64,000 nt of DNA from an uncultured Bacteroidales bacterium (GTDB taxonomy: Bacteria > Bacteroidota > Bacteroidia > Bacteroidales > FEN-979): NCBI GenBank assembly GCA_963800585.1, contig CAWDBP010000008.1, forward strand, positions 146,104 through 210,103. Direction: 5' to 3'. The position numbers and the translations under genes are program-made. The notes beneath the pieces were generated by a model. It was not told the origin of the DNA. It searched no databases and saw nothing but the letters and a program-made list of their open reading frames with translations. Positions 46,591 to 56,366 of this stretch are shown here, in pieces. Each line of letters opens with the position of its first letter. Positions within the stretch are counted from its first letter, which is position 1.

Positions 46591-47154
46591 TTATTTCTCT
46601 TGCATCCTTTTTTTTGCTTCCATGACCCAAAGCAATTCATTCAGGAAGTACAGAGCACGTTTTTCAGTCCCGGGTTTATCAAAAGGATTGCCTTGTTCAT
46701 CATAGGCTTTATGAACATTGGGATTTGGGAACATCGCAGGGATTGTCAATGTATGCATTTTCCAGAGTGTAAACTGTATCGAAGTGATCACCTGATTTCC
46801 CCCAAAATCTCCATCGGAACAAGTGGAGATGGCGACAGGTTTTTTTTGCCATTCAGGGTAAAGAACATCAATTGCATTCTTCAGGCTTGCAGGATAACCT
46901 CCGTTGTATTCAGGGCTCACAATCAGAACGGCGTCAGCTTCTTTAATCCTTTTTGAATAATCAAGAAGGTCTGGGGAAGGGTTTTGTTGAAACATTAATC
47001 TTTCATTAAAGATTGGAAACTGGTATTCGCTAAGATCAATGATTTCAACAGTTGCCAGATTCTTCTCTTCAATCAGGCGTTTAAGAAACAAAGCCACCCT
47101 GTGACTATTTCTCCCGATTCTTACACTCGCCGAAAGGATTGCAATATGTGACAT
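46591..47154 (-). CDS. NAD(P)H-dependent FMN reductase
   Basis: SVRIGRNS, SPEYNGGYPASLKNAID. Confidence 0.92.
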   Translation of the reverse strand: MSHIAILSASVRIGRNSHRVALFLKRLIEEKNLATVEIIDLSEYQFPIFNERLMFQQNPSPDLLDYSKRIKEADAVLIVSPEYNGGYPASLKNAIDVLYPEWQKKPVAISTCSDGDFGGNQVITSIQFTLWKMHTLTIPAMFPNPNVHKAYDEQGNPFDKPGTEKRALYFLNELLWVMEAKKRMQEK

Positions 47155-47213
47155 TTTATTAGTTTTATAGAAATTAATCAATTAACTCGCCAGTTCACCA
47201 ATTCGCCAGTTCT

Positions 47214-48362
47214 CTAGTTATCATAGCAACCAATATACCTGGAAATTACCAGACGTTGGATTTCTGATGTTCCTTCACCGATCTGCAGCAGGCGTTGATC
47301 ACGGTAAAATCGTTCAATATCATAATCTTTCATCAAACCATAACCGCCATGTAACTGAACAGCTTCATCAGCTACTTCCTTAGCAATCTCCGAGCAATAC
47401 AATTTAGCCATTGCAGCCTCTTTTGCGAAAGGTTGATGATTCGACTTCAGCCAGGCCCCTTTGTATAACAGGTTTCTTCCAAGCTCTATTTTTGTTGCCA
47501 TATCAGCAAGTTTGAAGGCATTGATCTGGAATTCGGCAATGGGTTTGCCAAACTGTTTCCGGGATTTGGCATAGTTCATGGCCATCTCAAATGCCCCTTG
47601 TGCCAATCCCAGCCCCATAGCGCCGATAGCAAGTCTTCCGCTGTCCAGGGTATTCAGCATGATCCTTGAACCTTCCCCCCGAGAGCCGAGCAAGTTAGAT
47701 TCGGGAACACGGCAATCTTCAAAAAATAATTGAGCAGTATCCGACGCTCTCCACATCATTTTCCCATGCATTGGTATACGCTTGAATCCTGGTGTTTCGG
47801 CATCCACGAGAATCGTAGAAAATTCTTTTTGCCCATTCTCGTTTGCAGTCACGACCTGTACAGTTGCACCCTTGTTAATTGATGAAGATCCGTTTGTTAT
47901 AAAAATTTTTGATCCATTGATGATCCAGGATCCGTTATCAAGACGGGCAAAAGTCTTTGTATTTCGTGAATCACTCCCGGCATCCGGTTCGGTAAGTCCG
48001 AATGCCCAGGTGGCTTCTCCGGTCGATAACATCGGGAGGTACTTCTTTTTTTGTTCTTCGGAACCATAATTCATAATAGGTCCTATCCCCAGTGAAATAT
48101 GGGCTGCAAGCGTGGCTGCCTGGGAACTGTCAATCCTGGCAAGTTCTTCCACGGCGATTACATACGCAAGGGTATCCATATCGAGCCCCCCATATTCAGT
48201 AGAAGTTCGTAACCCAAACAGGCCAAGTTCCCCCATTCGTTTTGTCAGGGAAATGGAGAATTCGGCTTTCTCATCTAACTCTTGTGCGATGGGTTTGATT
48301 TCACGTTCTGCAAAATCCCGTACAGTCTTACGGATCATTTCATGTTCTTCGCTGAGGTACAT
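47214..48362 (-). CDS. Acyl-CoA dehydrogenase (probably isovaleryl-CoA dehydrogenase by context)
   Basis: FGLTEPDAGSD, NGSKIFITN, QLHGGYG, IGEGTSEIQ; sits in the mcc operon. Confidence 0.88.
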   Translation of the reverse strand: MYLSEEHEMIRKTVRDFAEREIKPIAQELDEKAEFSISLTKRMGELGLFGLRTSTEYGGLDMDTLAYVIAVEELARIDSSQAATLAAHISLGIGPIMNYGSEEQKKKYLPMLSTGEATWAFGLTEPDAGSDSRNTKTFARLDNGSWIINGSKIFITNGSSSINKGATVQVVTANENGQKEFSTILVDAETPGFKRIPMHGKMMWRASDTAQLFFEDCRVPESNLLGSRGEGSRIMLNTLDSGRLAIGAMGLGLAQGAFEMAMNYAKSRKQFGKPIAEFQINAFKLADMATKIELGRNLLYKGAWLKSNHQPFAKEAAMAKLYCSEIAKEVADEAVQLHGGYGLMKDYDIERFYRDQRLLQIGEGTSEIQRLVISRYIGCYDN

Positions 48363-48384
48363 ACGCTTGGTTTAATAATGTTTT

Positions 48385-49272
48385 TTATTTTTCAGATTCT
48401 TTTGGGGTGGGTGTGAATGTAACAGGCTCCATAAATGTCGATCCTACTAATTTGACCGCTTCATCCAATGCAGAGAAGTCTATTTTGTCAGCAAATCCGT
48501 GATTGCTTGCAAATGCAACAAGGTTTTCGGTTTTGAGGTTCCCCAGCATCTCCTTACCGGTCATTGGGCAGCCACCATAACCGTTGATCACCGAATCAAA
48601 TCTCCTGCATCCTGCTTCATATGCGGTAAGGACATTCTCCTGCCAGTTTTTATTTGTTGTATGAAGGTGAAGTCCAAATTCAATTGATGGGAATTCAGGG
48701 ATCAGTAACGAAAAAATATCATGGATGATAGGATTGTCAATCTCGATGGCAACATTTGATAGCGGAATTATCCTGATCCCGATCTTTTTCAATATCCGGA
48801 TAGTCTCAACTAATAATTCCATACTCCACGGGTCTTCATAAGGATTCCCGAAAGCCATGGAGATGTATATAACAAGTTGTTTCCCGGTTTGTTCACAAAT
48901 GTTTAAAATCTCACGAACGGTTTCAATTGACTGTTCAGTAGTTGCATTAAGGTTTTTCTTTAGAAATACAGGTGAGATTGAATGCGGGTATGAGATGTGT
49001 GTGATTTCCTTCACTCCGGATATCATTTCAGCTCCTTTTTTATTGACAACTAAGATCATCCTGTTTGAACGGGTTTCCGAGAAGTCAATTTGTTTCAGAA
49101 TTTCCATAGTATCTGCCATCTGTGGGATCAGTTTCTGAGAAACAATGCTTCCCACTTCGACCGTATCAAAGCCAACCTTTAACAACTGTTTTATATAACG
49201 TATCTTTTTCTCTGAAGGGATGGTATAATGCAGGCTTTGCATGCCTTCTCGAGGCGATTCAATGATTTTCAT
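48385..49272 (-). CDS. HMG-CoA lyase homolog (Bacteroidota type)
   Basis: IIESPREGMQ, YISMAFGNPY, FGLHLH, GYGGCP, GNL.TE. Confidence 0.85.
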   Translation of the reverse strand: MKIIESPREGMQSLHYTIPSEKKIRYIKQLLKVGFDTVEVGSIVSQKLIPQMADTMEILKQIDFSETRSNRMILVVNKKGAEMISGVKEITHISYPHSISPVFLKKNLNATTEQSIETVREILNICEQTGKQLVIYISMAFGNPYEDPWSMELLVETIRILKKIGIRIIPLSNVAIEIDNPIIHDIFSLLIPEFPSIEFGLHLHTTNKNWQENVLTAYEAGCRRFDSVINGYGGCPMTGKEMLGNLKTENLVAFASNHGFADKIDFSALDEAVKLVGSTFMEPVTFTPTPKESEK

Positions 49273-49277
49273 TTGAT

Positions 49278-50288
49278 TTATTTTTTTCCTGTCATTGATT
49301 TTGGTATTCTTCCATTCCGTATAGATTCGGAACGAAGACGTCTTCCAACAATTTTTTCCACCATGGTACCGATCTCTAAAACTTTATCAACATCCACGCC
49401 AGTGTCAATTCCCATTTCATCCATCATTACAACCATGTCTTCCGTAGAATTAAGACCTACAATATTTGGATCCTTATAATAATAGCTACCTGTTCCGGCT
49501 ACAGGGACTCCGCTTACAAAGTTTGCAGGTTGTCCACCGATCCCTCCCATGGTGGATTCATAATTGGTCATTCCTGCATGTAATGCAGCCAATACATTAG
49601 CCAGTCCCCATCCCCGGGTAGTATGAAAATGAACAATTTGTTTTTCCGGTCTCGGGATGGCGTCAAGGAGCATAGAATAATAAGCGTAAACCCTGTCGGG
49701 AGATGCGGACCCATCATGATCGGCATGCTCAACATCATTGGCGCCAAGGGAAAACCAGCGTTTTGTAAATTCAATTGCTTTGTTCATATCTGTCGGACCC
49801 TCGATCGGACACCCCCAAATTGTACTGACCGTTCCGTTGACCTTAAGTCCGGCGTCGTGTGCCAATGGAATATATTTTTCAGCCATTTTCCAGTACTCAT
49901 CGAGACTGATACCAGAGTTTTTTATATGGTGTGACTCACTGGTCGATACCATCAGAAGGATACGGTCGGGACCAAACCCTTCTTTCTTTGCCTGTATTGC
50001 CCGTTCAATAGCTTTCTCCCTGATGGTAATCGCTGTGAGGGAAACCTGGTTCATTTTATCGGCAATTTTTTTACTTGACCGGAGGGATTTTAGTACAGTA
50101 TCTGCATCCCTGAACTGAGGCATACCTTGCGGATTTCCCAGGTTTGTGACTTCAATATGACGGAATCCTGCGAGTATCAATTGTTCAGCAAGCCAAACTT
50201 TGGCTTCCGTAGGAATGAATTTTTCCTCATGCTGAAATCCATCCCTGACCGTTATATCTCCAATTGTGACTTTCTTAGGGTAATTCAT
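49278..50288 (-). CDS. Second HMGL-like DRE-TIM lyase ('pyruvate carboxyltransferase' type)
   Basis: DITVRDGFQ, STIWGCP, HFHTTRGWG, GGIGGQP, TED. Confidence 0.85.
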   Translation of the reverse strand: MNYPKKVTIGDITVRDGFQHEEKFIPTEAKVWLAEQLILAGFRHIEVTNLGNPQGMPQFRDADTVLKSLRSSKKIADKMNQVSLTAITIREKAIERAIQAKKEGFGPDRILLMVSTSESHHIKNSGISLDEYWKMAEKYIPLAHDAGLKVNGTVSTIWGCPIEGPTDMNKAIEFTKRWFSLGANDVEHADHDGSASPDRVYAYYSMLLDAIPRPEKQIVHFHTTRGWGLANVLAALHAGMTNYESTMGGIGGQPANFVSGVPVAGTGSYYYKDPNIVGLNSTEDMVVMMDEMGIDTGVDVDKVLEIGTMVEKIVGRRLRSESIRNGRIPKSMTGKK

Positions 50289-50347
50289 AGGTTTGATTTT
50301 ATGGTTTCATCACGAATCTTTTTTACGAAAAAATTGGGACAAGCCCA

Positions 50348-51004
50348 CTAAATAACCATTTCAGGAATCTCTCCTTCAACGATAAGCATCCCTTCTGTTG
50401 CGGCCCGGATCTCTTCAATGCTGACTCCTGGTGCTCTTTCAACCAGTTTGAATCCATTTTCAGTAATATCTACAACTGCCAGGTCGGTAATAATTCTATT
50501 TACACAATTTACACCCGTAAGCGGTAACGTGCATTTCCTGAGAAGTTTCGATTTTCCATCTTTATCTGCATGTATAGTGGCTACAATGATATTCTTTGCA
50601 GCCGCGACTAAATCCATGGCGCCTCCCATGCCCTTTACGAGTTTCCCCGGAATTTTCCAACTTGCAATATCGCCTTTTTCAGAAACTTCAAATGCACCGA
50701 GAACCGTCAGATCGATATGTCCTCCACGAATCATTGCAAAGCTTGCCGAGGAATCAAAAAATGCAGCTCCGGGCATTACTGTGATAGTTTGTTTTCCTGC
50801 ATTGATAAGATCGGGATCGACTTCACCGGGTTCAGGGAATGGCCCGATCCCCAACAACCCATTTTCCGACTGAAGAATTACCTCCATGCCTTCCGGAATA
50901 TAATTTGCAACGAGCGTCGGAATACCGATCCCGAGATTTACATAAAAACCGTCTTTCAGTTCTTTTGCTATTCTCCTGGCAATTCCATTTTTATCCAGTG
51001 CCAT
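50348..51004 (-). CDS. scoB: 3-oxoacid CoA-transferase subunit B
   Basis: VNLGIGIPT, catalytic LQSENG, GMGGAMDL. Confidence 0.93.
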   Translation of the reverse strand: MALDKNGIARRIAKELKDGFYVNLGIGIPTLVANYIPEGMEVILQSENGLLGIGPFPEPGEVDPDLINAGKQTITVMPGAAFFDSSASFAMIRGGHIDLTVLGAFEVSEKGDIASWKIPGKLVKGMGGAMDLVAAAKNIIVATIHADKDGKSKLLRKCTLPLTGVNCVNRIITDLAVVDITENGFKLVERAPGVSIEEIRAATEGMLIVEGEIPEMVI

Positions 51005-51024
51005 AGGCATTCAATTTGAATATT

Positions 51025-51717
51025 TTAAATTTTAATTGTTTTGAATTCAATCCTTTTTTCATAATTCGTTCCCTGGAAGATTCGTTGAACATAGATTCCG
51101 GGTGTATGAATATGATTAGGATCGAGAGTACCATAGGGAACAAGCTCTTCAACCTCTGCAATGGTTATCCTGCCTGCTGTGGCCATCGCCTGATTGAAAT
51201 TATTTGCAGTTTTATTATAGATGAGGTTCCCATGTGTATCTCCGTATTTAGCTTTTACGATTGCGAAATCAGCCGTAATCCCAAGCTCCATGAGGTGCAT
51301 TTTTCCAATGAATTCCCGGACTTCTTTATCCCCCTGTACTTCGGTTCCATATCCGGCCGGAACATAGAAAGCAGGTATTCCGGCACCTCCCGCACGGATC
51401 CTCTCTGCAAGGGTTCCCTGTGGGATCAGTTCTACTTCAAGTTCTCCGCTGAGCAATTGCCGCTCGAATTCTTTATTCTCCCCGACATATGAAGCCATCA
51501 TCTTTTTCATCTGGTGCTTCGCAAGAAGGACTCCCAGCCCAAAATCATCCACTCCTGCATTGTTCGAGATACAAGTCAGACCCCTGATGTTCGTAGCAGC
51601 TAAAGCTTTGATACAGTTCTCAGGAATTCCGCAAAGGCCGAATCCCCCAAATAAAATCGTCATGTTATCCGTGATCCCGCGAATGGCTTCATTCGCATCT
51701 TTTACTACTTTATTCAT
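51025..51717 (-). CDS. scoA: 3-oxoacid CoA-transferase subunit A
   Basis: [28 protein letters not shown]. Confidence 0.93.
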   Translation of the reverse strand: MNKVVKDANEAIRGITDNMTILFGGFGLCGIPENCIKALAATNIRGLTCISNNAGVDDFGLGVLLAKHQMKKMMASYVGENKEFERQLLSGELEVELIPQGTLAERIRAGGAGIPAFYVPAGYGTEVQGDKEVREFIGKMHLMELGITADFAIVKAKYGDTHGNLIYNKTANNFNQAMATAGRITIAEVEELVPYGTLDPNHIHTPGIYVQRIFQGTNYEKRIEFKTIKI

Positions 51718-51736
51718 CTATCCTGTTTTTTTTATC

Positions 51737-53746
51737 TCAATCTTCATCTTTTTCCAGGGTAATCAATGCTCTGCCAGGATCAATGCGGTCATTAAGGAAG
51801 ACATTGATCTCTCTGACAAGCCCATTAACAGGAGAAACGATGGTATTCTCCATCTTCATTGCTTCAATGATCATGAGCCCTTCTCCTTTCCGCACTTTGT
51901 CACCCGCATTTACAAAAAGTTTAATGACTTTTCCCGGCATTGGAGAGAATACCTCGTTGCTATGGTTTGCAGATTCAAAACGTACTGGTGATATTGATTC
52001 CGGTAGAAAATCCTGCCTGTGTATTTTGAAAATATGTCCTTCAAAACTAATTATTCCATCCTCATTTTTATCGTTGGAGTAATAAACAGTATATTCTTTA
52101 TCATTTAACGTGAAGGAAATACCGTCTGAATCTTCACTTGTCTTTTTTATACTATATACAATGTCTTTAAGGGACAACTCAAAATAAGGATCTTTTGAAA
52201 CCAGGATACCAACCTTTAACAGAATGTCTGCAATTTTAATATTGATTGAATTCTGTTCCCTCCAGAATCCGGCTGAATTCCATATGTTCGTTGAATTTCC
52301 ATTCACGTATTCCTTGTTATTTTTTAATCCAAGGCTGATGATCAGGTATCCTATCAATGGTATTTCCAGTGGAATCAGGTTGTGTGCTTTCTGTATTTCA
52401 GCAATTATCTCATCGCTATGTTCATCGCAGAATTTTGTTGAAATTGAGTTTGAAATGAATGCCTTGCTCCTGAGAAGTTCTGAAAGAAAAAGAATATTCG
52501 TATGGATCCCCTGGATCACATATTCATCAAGGGCCGCAATCATCCTGAAGCGTGTTTCTTCCCGGTTTACTCCCCAGGAGACCAGTTTACAAATCATTGG
52601 ATCATAAAAACTTGTGATTTCTGTTTCAAGGGTGATTCCTTTATCGATGCGAATGTGATCCATCAATGGTTCCTTATATAAAGACATATGTCCAGGGGAT
52701 GGCATGAAATTATTTTCCGGATCTTCAGCATATATCCTGCATTCGATAGCATGACCTGTCTGGGTGAGTTTTTCCTGTTTCAGCCGCAGGGGATGTCCTT
52801 CTGCAATAAAGATCTGTTCTTCCACCAGGTCTAAACCAGTCACCATTTCTGTAACCGGGTGTTCCACCTGGATCCTGGTGTTCATTTCCAGGAAATAAAA
52901 ATTCATTCCTTTGTCGACCAGGAATTCGATGGTACCTGCATTCGTATACCCTATTTCTTTACCGATCCTTACTGCTGCAGCGCCCATTAGTTCACGCAAC
53001 TCAGGTGTCAGGGTAGGGGAGGGCGACTCCTCGATTATTTTCTGATATCGCCTCTGGATAGAGCATTCCCGCTCAAAAAGGTGGATTACATTCCCATGGT
53101 TATCACCAAATATCTGAAATTCAATATGACGTGGTTCATCCAGGTACTTTTCAATGTAGATCGTGTCATCACCAAAATAGGCCATCGCCTGTCTGCTGGT
53201 CGATTCCAGAGCTTCCTCCAGTTCTTTTTCCTCCCGAACAATCTGCATTCCCTTTCCACCGCCACCTGCAGCTGCCTTAAGTAAGATTGGAAACCCGATC
53301 CTGGCTTTGGCTTGTAACAATATTTCCTTTTTTCCTGTCAGGCCTTCAATGACAGGAACACCTGCATTTTTTACAAATTCACGGGCTGTAATCTTGTTTC
53401 CCATGGTCCGCATGACATCTGTCCTGGGACCAATAAATATAATTCCAGCCCTGTCACATGCCTCGACAAAAAGTGGATTCTCTGCCAGAAATCCATATCC
53501 CGGGTGAATTGCATCGCATCCGGTTTCTTTAGCAACAGTAACAATCTTGTCAATATTCAGGTAAGTTTCATGAAGTTCCACTTCCCCTAAACATTTAACT
53601 TCATCCACTTCCTGGACATGAAGGGATCCGCGATCAGCTTCCGCATAAACTGCAACGGTGTAAATCCCCATTTTCTTTGCAGTACGCATGATCCGCACTG
53701 CAATTTCACCACGATTGGCAACCAGTATTTTCGTAATCTTTGTCAT
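51737..53746 (-). CDS. Biotin carboxylase/biotin carrier alpha subunit (methylcrotonyl-CoA carboxylase alpha, LiuD/MccA-like)
   Basis: ANRGEIA, HPGYGFLAEN, GGGGKGM, EMNTRIQVEHPVTE, EAMKM biotinylation site. Confidence 0.92.
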   Translation of the reverse strand: MTKITKILVANRGEIAVRIMRTAKKMGIYTVAVYAEADRGSLHVQEVDEVKCLGEVELHETYLNIDKIVTVAKETGCDAIHPGYGFLAENPLFVEACDRAGIIFIGPRTDVMRTMGNKITAREFVKNAGVPVIEGLTGKKEILLQAKARIGFPILLKAAAGGGGKGMQIVREEKELEEALESTSRQAMAYFGDDTIYIEKYLDEPRHIEFQIFGDNHGNVIHLFERECSIQRRYQKIIEESPSPTLTPELRELMGAAAVRIGKEIGYTNAGTIEFLVDKGMNFYFLEMNTRIQVEHPVTEMVTGLDLVEEQIFIAEGHPLRLKQEKLTQTGHAIECRIYAEDPENNFMPSPGHMSLYKEPLMDHIRIDKGITLETEITSFYDPMICKLVSWGVNREETRFRMIAALDEYVIQGIHTNILFLSELLRSKAFISNSISTKFCDEHSDEIIAEIQKAHNLIPLEIPLIGYLIISLGLKNNKEYVNGNSTNIWNSAGFWREQNSINIKIADILLKVGILVSKDPYFELSLKDIVYSIKKTSEDSDGISFTLNDKEYTVYYSNDKNEDGIISFEGHIFKIHRQDFLPESISPVRFESANHSNEVFSPMPGKVIKLFVNAGDKVRKGEGLMIIEAMKMENTIVSPVNGLVREINVFLNDRIDPGRALITLEKDED

Positions 53747-53753
53747 TCGTTTC

Positions 53754-54540
53754 TCAGAGGATCCAATTTGGTTTTCGTTTCTCAAGAAAGGCATTCATAC
53801 CTTCTTGTCCTTCTTCCGAGGCCCGGATATCTGCTATCATCCGTGCCGTATAATCATAAGCTTCTTCCATAGTCAGATGATTACAAACCTCGTGAATAAG
53901 TCTCTTGCAATAGTTCATCGCATTAGGACCACTTGTGCGAAGATTTGCAATGATTTCGGCTATGGCTTCCTCGAGAAGTTCAGGTGGGACCGATTTATTC
54001 ACCAGCCGGAAAGCTTCTGCTTCCTTCCCATTGATTCTGCGCCCGGTAAGCATAAGTTCCCGTGCACCATACTCACCGATCCGTTTGATCACATAAGGAG
54101 AAATGCAAGCAGGGATGATCCCGATTTTAACTTCACTCAATGAAAAAACCGCGGTATCAGTTGAATAAGTAAGATCACATGCTGATGCAAACCCGTTTGC
54201 ACCTCCAAGAACAGCGCCATGCAAAACGGCGATCGTGGGTTTCGGACAGGTATAAATGGTTTCAAAACATTTTGAAAGCAGAAGACTCTCCTGGTAGTTC
54301 TGTTCATGGCTATTCCGGGAAACTGCTTTCATCCATTGAAGATCAACCCCTGCACAAAAGGATTTACCCCTTTCCGCGCAGCAAGATGCACAAAATATCA
54401 GGATTATCAGCATCCTCAAATATTTCAATCAATTCCTTTAACATAGTTTCGTTAAAGGAATTATGGATCTCAGGCCGGTTAAGGTTAACAGTCAGGATTT
54501 CATGGTAAAGATCAGCTTCCAGGGTCTCAAATTTTCTCAT
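53754..54540 (-). CDS. Methylglutaconyl-CoA hydratase (LiuC-like enoyl-CoA hydratase), one frameshift near 54368
   Basis: LNRPEIHNSFN in one frame; KSFCAGVDL.WM, SEVKIG+IPA.ISPY, EGQEG..AFLEKR in another; extra base in the CCCC run. Confidence 0.88.
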
Positions 54541-54544
54541 AAGT

Positions 54545-56152
54545 TTACATTCTGAATACTCCGTATGTTGTTTTTTCATATTTCCTGTTCTGGGAGATGG
54601 CAATCGCTAATCCAAGGATCTTGCGGGTATCCGTAGGATCAATGATTCCATCATCCCAGAGTCTTGCCGTACTATAATAGGCTGACCCCTCATCTTCATA
54701 TTTTTTCAGGATGGTCTGCATCATCTTTTCGCGCTCTTCCTTTGACAGGGTTTTACCTTGAGCAGAGAGCTGGTCTTCCTTTACTGTGATAAGGACATTT
54801 GCTGCCTGTTCTCCTCCCATGACTGAGATCTTGGAATTCGGATACATAAATAAAAACCGTGGTTCATAGGCTCTGCCGGCCATCGCATAATTCCCTGCGC
54901 CAAATGATCCCCCGAAGATAACAGTGAACTTGGGAACATTGGCATTGGCTACAGCATGCACGAATTTTGCTCCGTCCCTGGCAATTCCAGCACGCTCGTA
55001 TTCCTTTCCTACAATAAATCCCGTAATGTTCTGCAGGAACAGGATAGGGACGTTCCTGCTGGTGCAGAGTTGTATAAAATGAGCTCCTTTCAGGGCAGTT
55101 TCCCCGAAGAGTACTCCATTGTTAGCAAGTATTCCTACCGGAAAACCCATGATGTGGGCAAAACCGGTGACCAATGTAGGGGCATATCTTTCCTTGAATT
55201 CATGGAATTTACTGCCATCAAGGATTCGTGCAAGAATCTCCCTTGAATCCACGGGTTTCTTCAGATCGATAGGCAGGATGCCATAAAGCTCTTCCGTGTC
55301 ATACCAGGGGTCTTCCGCCGGAATTGTTTCGAGGGATTGAAATTCATGACGCTGCAATGATTCAAAAATGTTCCTGCAGATTTGGATCGCATGAACATCA
55401 TTTTCTGCCATGTGGTCAGCAACACCAGAAATTGATGTATGAACATCTGCCCCACCTAGTTCTTCTGCCGTAACTTCTTCTCCGGTAGCGGCTTTCACCA
55501 ATGGGGGGCCTCCGATAAAAATTGTTCCCTGGTTCCTGACAATTATCGTTTCATCGCTCATTGCAGGAACATATGCACCGCCTGCTGTGCAGGAACCCAG
55601 AACTAAGGCGATCTGCGGGATCCCTTTGGATGATAGTCTTGCCTGGTTGAAAAAAAAACGCCCAAAATCATATTTATCAGGAAAAACATTCGCCTGTTCC
55701 GGTAAAAACACACCTCCTGAATCTACAAGATAGACGCAGGGAAGATGATTTTCCATGGCGATCTCCTGCGCCCTGACATGCTTTTTAATGGTCTCCTTAA
55801 CATAAGTTCCGCCTTTCACCGTAGCATCATTGGCAATGAACATGGTTTCCTTTCCGTGGATCACTCCGATCCCGGTTATAATCCCGGCGGAAGGAAATTC
55901 ATTGTTGTATAGGTCGTATGCTGCCAGTGTTGACAATTCAATGAATGGAGTATTTTTATCCACAAGGAGATCAATACGCTCGCGGGCCAGTAATTTACCC
56001 CGTTCCTTATGCCTAAGCACAGATTGCTGAGGACCGCCCTGCCTGACTTTAAACAAGGTCTCTTTGAACTTTCCCAGGATAGTAAGGTACTCATCCCTGT
56101 TCCTGACGAATTCAGCGCTTTTGGTGTCTATCTTGCTTTCCAGTCTGAACAT
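54545..56152 (-). CDS. Carboxyltransferase beta subunit (methylcrotonyl-CoA carboxylase beta, LiuB/MccB-like)
   Basis: RGKLLARERI, ANDATVKGG, GSCTAGGAYVPAM, C-terminal YGVFRM. Confidence 0.93.
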   Translation of the reverse strand: MFRLESKIDTKSAEFVRNRDEYLTILGKFKETLFKVRQGGPQQSVLRHKERGKLLARERIDLLVDKNTPFIELSTLAAYDLYNNEFPSAGIITGIGVIHGKETMFIANDATVKGGTYVKETIKKHVRAQEIAMENHLPCVYLVDSGGVFLPEQANVFPDKYDFGRFFFNQARLSSKGIPQIALVLGSCTAGGAYVPAMSDETIIVRNQGTIFIGGPPLVKAATGEEVTAEELGGADVHTSISGVADHMAENDVHAIQICRNIFESLQRHEFQSLETIPAEDPWYDTEELYGILPIDLKKPVDSREILARILDGSKFHEFKERYAPTLVTGFAHIMGFPVGILANNGVLFGETALKGAHFIQLCTSRNVPILFLQNITGFIVGKEYERAGIARDGAKFVHAVANANVPKFTVIFGGSFGAGNYAMAGRAYEPRFLFMYPNSKISVMGGEQAANVLITVKEDQLSAQGKTLSKEEREKMMQTILKKYEDEGSAYYSTARLWDDGIIDPTDTRKILGLAIAISQNRKYEKTTYGVFRM

Positions 56153-56366
56153 ATGTACGGTTAATTGTGAAAAAGATAAGGAAAAATGAATGTATGTAGA
56201 TAAATAACTTTTTTAGGATGAGAAACAAAAATAATACAATTTAACAGAAAATGTTTTTCCGTTAACTTTTAATGCAATCAAAAACTATTCTGATCCCTGG
56301 ATTGATGATGTGACCATTCGATATTACTGAGAATTAGAATAGTGAAAAGAAATGAATGATAAAAGA

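Noticed and set aside
54360-54380. Frameshift in the liuC-like hydratase
   Set aside because: One extra base in a short homopolymer of an otherwise intact operon gene; likely a sequencing error
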